Source: Marsupella aquatica
Lineage: Eukaryota > Plantae > Marchantiophyta
Assembly (NCBI GenBank): GCA_973895155.1
Contig: OZ316899.1
Location: 15,093,974 to 15,157,973 of the forward strand
Direction of reading: 5' to 3'
DNA: 64,000 nucleotides
The notes beneath the pieces are model-generated. The model ran no database searches. It saw nothing but the letters and a program-made list of their open reading frames with translations, and had not been told where the DNA came from. A program made the position numbers and the translations under genes. Shown piece after piece: positions 13,352 to 23,668 of the stretch (position 1 is its first letter; the number at the start of each line of letters is the position of its first letter).

Positions 13352-14297
13352 GCTCCTCACGCTCGCTTCACTGGATCGTCTCTCCGCACACTATAATTAG
13401 CGATCAGCCTACCAGTAGCCGCAGTTTAATTAACTACTAGGATAGTCTCAGAGTGGGTCAAACCCTCTAGTAGGTCTATCTTTATCAAGCCTTCCAAGAT
13501 GTGTTCCAAGTCGCGTATTTGCGACCGGAACAACAATCCCATTCTGACATTGTAAATTCTATTACCTCTTCTGTGGTGGTAGTGGCTCCAGTCCGACTCT
13601 CGGCCTATCCAAAGTTCAAATGAAAAATCCTGCAAAGTACCACAGACGGGAGTTGAAGGCAATCCTGCTTTCTCTTGAACAGTTAGTGCGACAGGTCTTG
13701 CGCGCTACACGTTGTCCCTGCGCAGCGAAGGTTTCAGAGCGCAACTTACATAGCCAAACCAGGAGATTGCAGAAACCAGTGGAAGAATCTACAATATGAC
13801 TTCTCATACTATGAAAACCAAGAACCTCGTTGCTCTACGCTCTTAAATTGTGTAAGGTTGGCTGATTCGCTCGACTCTGTGTCTTTTTGTTGTCGTGAAA
13901 CGAATGCTAACAGCAGTAAACTCAATTACAGCAAGGAAAAAGGCTACAGCCACAAGACAACACTGGACTCCATGTTAGAACGCACGAGCTTGTGATAAAG
14001 CCGAAGTTTTGCGTGGGACTCACCCACCAATTGAAATGCAGCCCTCCACTCTCTGGTTGAGCCACGTGGGCATAGGTGCTCCGACCTTAGGACTGAAAAA
14101 GTTGAGTAGTCTGCCCTCGGATCTTGCACGTAATTCTCCTAATGGTTTCAGGTTACCTACCTGTAACCTAGTTCAGGTCAAGTTAGAGGTTCTTGCAAAT
14201 TTATAAAATCAGAGATAATTATACATAATCAATTAAATCATATTTGTTGGATTTTATTTAGTAATAGTGAAGATTGTGCAAGGTGCATTATCACTCA

Positions 14298-14330
14298 CTA
14301 GCCCCATGACCCGTTCTTTGAACTTAAATA
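14298..14330 (-). mobile_element. Candidate Helitron-type 3' terminus of cassette copy 2
   Basis: Minus strand reads GTTC-AAA-GAAC-GGGTCATGGGG-CTAG|T: a short hairpin, then CTRR followed by T. Contiguous with cassette copy 2 once the 14331-18542 insertion is removed. Confidence 0.45.
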
Positions 14331-14944
14331 GGATATATACTTAGTGGACCTCCAAATGCAACTTTTTCTCTTAATGGACCAAAAGTTGCACTTTCTCCCA
14401 GTGGACCCCAACGTTCAGATTCCCTCCCAATGGACCTCCGGGCCCACTCCATACAAGCATGTTCTTTTGAAACACCTTATCACACAGTTCAGGTCCACTA
14501 CGTACCCTGTGGACACCGTGGTTGGTCATGTGTAGTAGGCCGTCGATAACGTTGCAGTCCACAAGCGTCGTAGCCTGGCTGCAATCAAGGGCCACAGCAC
14601 AATGGCTTCCTAGTTTTTGTGGCTATTGTATTCAAAACTACAATTGAACAAGTTTGCGGCGGCATTAGAGCACGCAAGGCCTTCGTGCCCCGGCCTCAAA
14701 GTATTTCAGATTGCATTGGAGCTTGCAAGCGCCGTACCTCCGCTAACCTCCTTGCTTTTATGAAGACATTGTTCATAATGTATACAACTTTTAAAGGAAT
14801 TTTCAAAATTCAAATGTGCCCGCCCTTTATGGAACCCTTTCAAAACCTGTTTTGTTGTCATTCGGTTTGTTTCTCGATGTTTTCTCATGTTGCTTGTTCC
14901 TGCTCATGTTGTTGGTTCCTGTTGTTCATGCTCGTGTTCTTGCT

Positions 14945-15367
14945 ATGTCGACCCTTGAGGATGTGCAAATTGCAATGAAGGAGCGGCCAGACAACATCAT
15001 TGGGCCAATCCTGGTATATGTTTGTGATTTTGCCTCTGATTTCTTGTGGCCCGGAAAGTTCACTTACAGAGGTTGTAGGCATGGGATTGGCGGTATTTTG
15101 GTTTGTTGGAAGTCCATTGAAACAGCGGAGCAATGCAACCACGACCCAATGCTAGACGGGAACAATTGTCATTTGTATAGGTTCCAAATTTTCATGGTTG
15201 ATGTGTATGAGAACATTGGGCCATTCAAGGCCACAATCTTTCAAGTTGCACGAGAGCTTGCGGAGATGAATGCTGACAAATTTGCAGAGTATGGTACCAT
15301 TCGCCAACTTGAGACAATGCACAAGCAAATTGCTCAGATCGATCACATATTGTCTAGTGTGGATTAA
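14945..15367 (+). CDS. RPA70 C-terminal OB-fold/zinc-ribbon-like protein (TIR-element cargo)
   Basis: FTYRGC...CWKS...C.H...LYRFQIFMVD...GPFKATIF...ARELAEMNADKF resembles the Rep-factor-A C-domain pattern YxAC..CxKK..C..RY...D.TG...T.F..AE.L.G..A.EL. Confidence 0.55.
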   Translation: MSTLEDVQIAMKERPDNIIGPILVYVCDFASDFLWPGKFTYRGCRHGIGGILVCWKSIETAEQCNHDPMLDGNNCHLYRFQIFMVDVYENIGPFKATIFQVARELAEMNADKFAEYGTIRQLETMHKQIAQIDHILSSVD

Positions 15368-16224
15368 AGTAGGACAACACTCTGCTATTGTAAATAAGCT
15401 TGTTGTTGAACATAGACATTGCCCTCCTAGTCGTGCCCCTGTGTAAATAAGAGTTGAGAAAGTGATCAGCAAAAGCAATCTTGTGGATGTTGATGTCCTG
15501 ATGTAGTAGGTGGGGGTGACTGCAACAATGATTTCAAAGTTTTGTTTGTCCACCATCGACTCCGCCGAAGAGAAATAATAAGGATTTTGTGCCATGAAGA
15601 ATACATTTTGGTTGTTGTATTCTTGTTATTTCTTCAAGAGATTGGTGGGTTGGGATGATGATTTTGTGTCATTTAGCATTTTCTTGAGCTTCAATGATGA
15701 ATAGTTTACATTTGAGGTGAATATTGGAGGAGCCCTTGCATAATTTTGAAAATGTGTAATTGGTACTTTCTATTGTGTTATGATCCTACAAAGTTGTTTA
15801 TGTATTCACTGAACTCTCTATTATGTACGTAACACATTGCACCATTCTTTTGTATGTTGAGAATATCTAGAATATAGAATTTTACATGGTTATATATTCT
15901 TTAAACTCTATTTCATGTAACACGTCTTAACATTTGTTTCTTTCATGAGAATACATGTTGAAAGACAACATGGTTCACAACTTGGGGAAAGTTATAGCCC
16001 TATTTTGTCACCAATGTGTTCTTGATAATAAATTTGAACTGATCAATATGCCTATGTCAGTGTGTATTGTTGTTGGATTTAGTAAATAATATCCAATGTT
16101 GCTTGATTTCTTGCTCTCTTTGAAGACTGTACACTTGCATGATCTGTTTCAAAAATGAATAGAGTAGACAAGAATGCACAAACCATGATTGGAGGGTATA
16201 CATATTGCACAATGTATTCATTAC

Positions 16225-17700
16225 AGTCATGAAACTCGACTACCTTAACACTTAGCTTTGGCGTCGCTGACTCCGACGTCGAGCTCCCTCATGGTCCAGG
16301 CCCGGATAGGCCATCCAGGGAGGACTTAGCATGGGGAGACTTGTGAGCGATGAGACATGGCGCTAGCAAAGGCAAGGAGCCAAGCTGGTGACACACACTA
16401 AGGGCTTGGACTAGCTGAGAGCTGGTCAGGTCAAGGAGAAATGGGTCAGGCTCAAGGTCAACCGCCCGGACCTCCAGATGGACTTTGAGTTCTGAGGGCT
16501 TGAGTGTGAGCTCCTCTTGGGCCCATGGAGTTGATGCCATGGGCAACAGACGCTGGGGCGCAAGTTATGGCCCGATCCAGGTTGGGCCAATCGGGGGCCC
16601 AGAGCGGCGACAAGACTTGAGGGCCTAGGCATGAGCACTGGGTCAGCCCAATCACAACGGGCTAAGGCACTCTACTTGTGGATGCCTAACCAGAAAGTTA
16701 TGGGCGTTACCAGTTGGTGGCGCGCCCATTATACGCGATAGGATCCGGATTGGGGGCCAAATGTTTAGGGACCAAAGCTGGTCCGGGGTGGCAGGTCTCC
16801 AGAAGCATATATGAGGGGAGTGGCTTCTCCCAAGGGGCTAAGGCCGAGCCGAAGTCGTGAGCCGCGGCGGTCGCAACACTAAGGAAAACTGCCAAACGGA
16901 AACGGCGATATCTTCCCAACGGGAAGTCCGTTGGAGGACTTCTTGGGTGCGTTAGAAAGTTCTCGAGGAGGGCTATGCCCTCCTGAGATCAGCTGGATCT
17001 GGGGACACCATGGGTTCTTGAGGTTTGCGGGTGTTAACTCGCCCGCTTGCCAAATCCTGCCGAACAACAGCCAAGCCGTGTTTAGTCTCCTAAGGGAGCT
17101 TGCGTTGGGGAGGCAAGGCCAAGTAGGTGTGGAGGTTGAGTTCCAAGAGTGCTCGGTCCCTAGACTATCAGTGAGGCAAATTGGGAGTTGGTTGCTAGAG
17201 GCGGGGCCATTCTGGTCCCGGCGTGTTGGGACAAGCTTTAGGACAAGCTACGCTAATTGGGCCATGAGTATGTCCTAAGGTCAGGGCGGTCAGTTGGTGA
17301 TGGATAGGTACCACAGGAAACCCGGGCTGCACCAAAGGAAGGAGCTGTTCTGGACGGACAGTGGGCGTGGGTTCTGGTTCCGGCTTATGGCATCGGGAGG
17401 AGCTATCGCTGACCTATTTACCAACGTTTGTTGAGCTTGAGTTAGGATGCTAGACTTGGCGAGTTCTAGATCCTGAAGGGTTACTTACCGAGGTGCTTGG
17501 TTGGTTGTGCAGACGGTGAGGACCGTTGAGTAGCGGTCATGTAGGAGAGCAAGTGCGGCTTCATATGGGAGGGGCCGCCGGTGGTGCAAGAGGCACTAGG
17601 GTGCTTGCTCAAGGTATTCCGTGGAGGCATTCGGGCACCAGGGGCACTTAGGCGTGAGTGTTGGGATTGGTGAGGGCGTTGGGTGGCTCGGTCCACCACT
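16225..17700 (+). mobile_element. Solo LTR of chromovirus family A (1476 bp), AGT...ACT termini, TSD ATTAC
   Basis: ATTAC at 16220-16224 and 17701-17705; homologous to the LTRs at 28950-30274 and 35983-36934. Confidence 0.92.
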
Positions 17701-17734
17701 ATTACTCACAGTGCAAAAATTGTATTCATGACTC

Positions 17735-18240
17735 CACAGCCTGCAAATGGACAAAACCATTTTTACCTTATACACATGATGGACATTGTATTCCAAGGTT
17801 GCACTTAAACAAAGTTATGACTCCCTTGCCTCACATACAGGCACCAAGGCCTGCTCTAATGGAGAAAACCAAATAATGTTGAACATAGATCAACGTGTAG
17901 CTTGTATACAATATGCAAGTTATATTGTAATTTTGCAATTAGAAAATTTTCATTTCCTCCAACTTTACAAAGACGCCCCCCGCCAAAGCCTGCCCAAATG
18001 GACAAAACCTATTGTATTCAACATAGAAGTATAGTTTGTGATATATACACTTTGTACATTGTACTCAAATTTCACACTTAAAAAAATTCTCATTCCCTTC
18101 AACTTCACAAAGATCCCCCCCCCCCCCCTCGCCAAAGCATACCCAAATGGACAAAACCTACAAATGAATATTGAACTTACATAGAAGTATGATTTGTCAT
18201 ATATACACATTGCACGTTGTATTCAATTTCACAAATATAA
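17735..18240. repeat. 2-3 direct repeats (~145 bp; GCCAAAGC..CCCAAATGGACAAAACC...) inside the TIR element
   Basis: Copies at ~17740, ~17975 and ~18125. Confidence 0.7.
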
Positions 18241-18956
18241 TTTTGTTTGTTTGCTTGACATTACGGTTGATGTTTGTATGCATTGTGGTCAATGTATACA
18301 TTGCTTCACTTGGAACTACAATCATAGTTGACCGCATTTGGCAACGCTGTTGAACACTAAGAATAGTAGAACATATTGTTTTTTATAGTGACAATCTTGT
18401 GTTATAAGAATTGCACAGTGCGTTAGAAGAACATCTCACATGAAATGGTACCTCTGGTGGGCCCGAAGGTCCACTAGGAGAGCGTGTGCAATTTTTGGTC
18501 CATTAAGAGAAGTTGCATTTGGAGGTCCAGTAAGTATATCTCTTGAGCACGTAAATAGATATGGAAAAAAATCTTATCAGCCTATTCATTAAAAGTGTAT
18601 TTTCTTTTGTTCACAAATCAATCTTGAAATGTACACTTTCATGTCCCCAAATGTACACTTTTTGATACCTAAATGTACACTTTATAGGCCAAATCTTATT
18701 AGTATTATATTATATAAATTATAATAATATTATATTACTTATTAGTTCACAAAGAACCAGGGGATAGAGATCATACTTGTAGAAACATTTCAACACAAAG
18801 AAGCCTAGGCAAGGACCATTGATTGATAATGTGTGAAGAAAATGACATACTTCAAATAGATTATAAAATAATATACAATTGTCTCTAAACTTACAATGAA
18901 TATCCAGGGTTGGCACACATTTCTACTATCTAATGGGCTTAACATGAGTCAGATCT

Positions 18957-20170
18957 CTAAACAAAGTGTTTGTTACAATATTTATTTGAGCACATGCCCT
19001 TGTCTCCTTTACTATCTACCCTATTGTCATGGTTACAACTCCCTTTATCTTCATGGAGATGAAACTTGGTGGGGTTGTTCCTAATGGCTATAATCTCCCG
19101 CAAAAAGTGTCTGGGATTTTCTCTATACGGACCTGAATAGTCCCGTCCTACAAATGATTTAGCAAGTAAGGTGACAAGTGCATCGTCAAGTTCCACCTCA
19201 GGACATAAGCTACATATACGATGCTTCACAACCCAAGGAATCTCATTGCTATTGAGGTCCAACACACTAAGCCTAAACTGTGACTTCCAAATTTTTGTTG
19301 CACATCTCTTACTAAGTTGATCATAAATAATTTCATTTTTTGCCTTGTCTCTCTTTATGTGCAATAGAGACCACTTTGGAGAGTTTAGAAAAGGATAACA
19401 TCAAATGTCACTTGCATGTGACAATTTCTCAAGACATGGCCAAAGAATTGTTAGAAGAAAATTGTCTCCACAATTGGCATGCGTGTAGGGCACTGGAAAT
19501 AGTCTGATCATGTGTTGGCAAATGCCTTCAGGGGGGAGTCATCCACAAGGAGTGTTGGTTTCATCATATAGATTTCCAAATGCACTCCATACCACCCAAA
19601 AATCCTTTAGTAGCACATTTGCCTTTCCATTTGTAACGTCACACCTTTGAATGCCTGTGTCGAAGGCTTCCACCTATGAATACAAACTTCAGTTTCAACC
19701 ACTTTTCAACAGTGAACATCATGTTCAATATTTTCATTGTTCGCGACATCCCAACACATGTCCAAATTGCAACGTCAAACCAATCAAAACAAACCTTAGA
19801 AAGTGATAATGCCCTGGCCTTTCTATATACATGCGACTAATTCCATTTGATCTATCCCAATGCACTCCATTTGGGGTCACAATGTTTCTAGATTTGCCCT
19901 TGCTTTGGAATTCAATTTAATCCCAAAGTATTTTGTTAAGATCCAAAATCAGCAACTTCTGCTTGATGCGACAAGGTCTCAATTCTGCAACTGCAACAAA
20001 TACAACTCTTAGAAACAAAACCAAATTTGAACATTGGATTGAGATTGTCTCAGTCCAAAAATACAAGACAATGACTAACAACAAAGAAAACCTACATACC
20101 ATTTTAGAAGCCCCAAAGAGCGTAGGTGGATATCGAGTCTCTAATTGCTGATTGCATTCTGTGAGACCCA
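18957..20170 (-). pseudogene. NIF/FCP1-like HAD phosphatase (copy 2)
   Basis: KLLILDLNKIL (DLN-type HAD motif I), ERPG, LVDDSP; C-terminal ORF 18957-19364 is homologous to 2759-3067. Confidence 0.8.
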
Positions 20171-20219
20171 AAAGTATTTTACATTGATATGAAAAAATGG
20201 AAAGTCAGACAATTTGATC

Positions 20220-23200
20220 TTAGTCTGAAATAAGAGATCTGTATTCATCAATAATGTCAACACCAAGCTCTTGTTGGATTTCAAAATTGACATCCAAAGT
20301 ACTTTGTTCTACCCAATAAGGTGACGTCCAAACAGGAGTTATCAATCCCAATTCTCCTCTCTTATACTCCTCCCTATTTAGAATCAATGGAGCAGCATCC
20401 AACGATATTTCTTGGCCTCTATTTGGCCCACTTTTCCACACGTAACATCATGCATCATGTTCAAGTGACCTCCATCCTGTTGATCCAACTCTATTCCCTT
20501 TTTTCTTGAGAGCGGAAGGACAACAGGACTTCCCGAGTGTGAACAAACAAAAACCAATTTGTCATCAAAAGCTGAAAAGAGTGTGTTAGGACAAAATTGA
20601 AGCACCTGCCTGGTTGGCAACAGTCGTTGATGCACGGGCTTTTGGGGTGATGGGAATCTCACATACTTTGGCAGCCTTCATAGGAATCAATTCTTGGGTG
20701 TCAACTTCATTCAAATTGAGATGCCTCTCTACACCGTCAGTGACCAAATTGGTTGAAGAACGGTTTTCAAATGTATCAATGTCAATTGGTTCTCCAATTT
20801 TGTCTGTTTGTTATTGTAGCGCATTTGGATTGAGACCATCCTTGTCCAAGTTGTCATCAACCTGGACTTCATAAGGGTCCATAGGGATGTCATCTGGACT
20901 TGATGAAGGGCGTGGTGCAAGTCCAACATTATCGTCAACATTGTAGGGTTCTAACAATGATTAAAATAATCCTCTATATCATCCGCGTGGGTTAGCATGT
21001 GGATTCACCCAACCACCGCGAGCACCAACTATCTCAAATTGAGGGACCATATGCAAAACCTTGGTCCGCCTCTTCTGGGGTTAGCATCATTTTTAGATAT
21101 TTGGGTTTTGACACATTGTCTATGTCAACCTTCGCCTTTCCTGTGTCAATCTTGTTGACCTAAACCCTAAACCCTAAACCTCAAAATCCGTATCCTTTGA
21201 ACCAATGAAGAATTTTGGCATCAGGTGATTGGGTTTGAAAATGTCAATTCCTGCAAACATAACTTCTTCAATTTTGCCCCCGCCCCCCCAACATGAATCA
21301 AGTGGGTGCGGTTGATCCTCTCAAGAATAACTCCCATACTCAATGTGGATGGCAAGAGATTTTCATGTCTTAATTTTTGAAGTGAACTTAGGACATTCAT
21401 CGCAAGAGGCCTCAGATGAAAATTATGGCTAAACTTAATGATTGTACAATTTTGTGGTAGCTCCACGATGTATTGCAAAAGGACCAAAACTTTTGCTTCT
21501 GTCCACTGCTTTTGATGAAGTCAACAATGGCAAGTGGGCATGTTGAAGATGATCCACTGTTTTCATTAGATTGTCACTAAAGAACGTGACCCATGGTTGG
21601 CTCCGAGAATGTGTCCCTTCGCCAAATTTCTGGCAATAAATGTCATAAAGGCGCATCACCAAAGCTATTGGCAAGATTGCACTCTCCCTAGTATGATTTG
21701 GCTTCAACAGATTTGACAAATAGAATTCACTAGTTGCTCTTCTACATCTGCTGAACTCTGCATCAACACTCAGCAATGGAAGAACCTCTTCTACTTTCTT
21801 CCAGTCGGTATCCAACGGGAAATTCCTTGCATCCTTGTTGAAGTCGTATTCTTCAATAAGAGACTTGAGCTTCCTGACTTTTCACATCCTTTGCAAGCTC
21901 CTCTATCGAGGGGATGTTAGATTTATTAGTGGCATCTTTCTTCAGCAATGCCTTTCTTGACTTCACTTGTGTCAGGATTTACATGATGTATCTTTGTGAG
22001 ATCAACTCACCATCAAAAGGACAAAACATGGCCACGTAATTGCTATTTTGGACTTGTCATTTCCTTCCACCCCAGCTCCATCAGGAAGTTTCCCATGCAG
22101 CCACATCTCACATACTAAACACCACAACTCAAAAAGATTGTTGTTCGCAAAAAGTAGCCAGTATACATTTTGCAAGTCCTTCCTCCCATAGACATTCTTG
22201 CCAGAGCCAACCAATCCTACAATCCAAAAGGAAAGCTAGTTAGCTATCCCCAACTCAAGCGTTGGAAACAAATAGAAACAAAAGGCTGAAAATTCATTAT
22301 AATGTGTGATAATAGCTTTGGATTGAGATGGTCTCAATCAAAAACAAAACTCAAACCAAACATTCCAATACTCAGCAAAAAAATTGTGTCAGATTGAGAC
22401 CATCCAAATCCAAGATTGAATTACTCTCTATGGTAGAGAAATGCATATAAATCAATCACATTTATGACCTGAATTTTTGGTTGTCTTGAGCAATTGTTTT
22501 ATTGTCGCCATGTTTTGGTTTGTTTGGTCTTCCATATTCAACAAACTACCGCCTCACATGGACAACTATATCTTTAAAGCAAGACTAAAACACCGTCGTG
22601 CTATTGATGGCATTCAATCTCATGGAGTGCTCAACAAGTATTGTAGACGGTGCGCAATCAGAGAATATTTTGGACTTCCTGAATTCTAACTTCTTGGCCA
22701 ATTGGGTGAGCTTGACATCCTTCTTTGCCCAATCACAAATCCATCTCGCAACTCTTGCAAAGTGCTGACCACTAATGGCCAGAAATTGGACCTCGCCCTT
22801 TTTCACTCCAGCCAAAAAACCCTTCCGGTCCAACTCCATATTCTCATAGTATAGTACCTTTTTTTGCTTGGCGTTAAAAGGAATCAAATCCGTAACATGA
22901 GGCTTGTGCCCAAGTGTTTTGACCATGGAATCAACAATGTCTTGCACATAATCAGAATTTAGCATCCGATAGCACAATCTCGCCGGTGCTGGTAAATTAC
23001 TTTTGACCGGGATCAAAAATATCTCATTTATCCCAAAAGTGTAGTATTTCTCCATTTGTTGCAAAAACTCATTCACTTCTAAGACTTTTTCTCCTCTGGA
23101 GCGTGAAGCATATCACCCTCATCTTCAACATGTAACAAAAAATCTACAAGAGTTGAATCCACAACTATAGTATCTATTTTTTGCTTCTTCTTCCCCCTCA

Positions 23201-23356
23201 ACTTCTTTTCATTTGGAAGCTTCTTCTTCTCAATTGAAGCAGGTTTCTCGACATGAAGCTTCTTTTTCCTTTGATTTCTCTTCCCTATCACTCTTTCCAT
23301 GGTTGTTGCTGCAGTAGTTTGTGTCTTTGTTGTAGTTGCTAGAGTTTCTTTGGCTG
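20220..23356 (-). pseudogene. Lys-rich leader + ParB/Srx-like domain + helical region + amino-MTase-like domain + acidic tail; intron-containing, decayed
   Basis: 22585-23076 has YRMLNSDYVQDIVDSM...FLAISGQHFAR...LNAIN (ParB/DGQHR-like). Intron ~22468-22217 with AG|GT donor, CTAAC branch site and TAG acceptor. CPLAIVDF at ~21530 and GWVNPHA at ~21000; the motif I region is deleted in this copy. Confidence 0.65.
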
Positions 23357-23668
23357 AGTGGTGGACTTTCTCACCCAGCGCCCTCACCAATCTTGGCACC
23401 CATGCCTAAGTGTGATGCCTAGCCAGGAATCACTAGGCCAGTTTAAATGATAAAATAAGGAGTAAACCCTGGAAACACATTAGTATAGTAGCAAAAAGAT
23501 GGAAAATATAAACAATTAAGGGTGGCTATGGAACCCAAGCCGAGGCCGGAAGTAAGAATGCCGGGGGAGGGAACACAATTAGGGTTAGGGCGCGCTAGGT
23601 GCCAGCGGCTATGGGTAACTAACGGGAAGGAAGACCAGTCAGGGAGGGGTAAGGATCGATCGCAAGGA

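Larger units (their letters stand above)
14331..18542. mobile_element. Non-autonomous TIR (Mutator-like) element with ~85-120 bp TIRs
   Basis: 14331-14448 (GGATATATACTTAGTGGACCTCCAAATGCAAC...) is inverted at 18457-18542. Flanks are degenerate direct repeats (TTGAACTTAAATA / TTGAGCACGTAAATA). No transposase seen. Confidence 0.8.
18543..23356 (-). mobile_element. Cargo cassette copy 2 (ParB-like~MTase-like gene + NIF phosphatase gene)
   Basis: Inverted homolog of 1-3449; its upstream end is cut by an A-family LTR at 23357. Confidence 0.8.
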
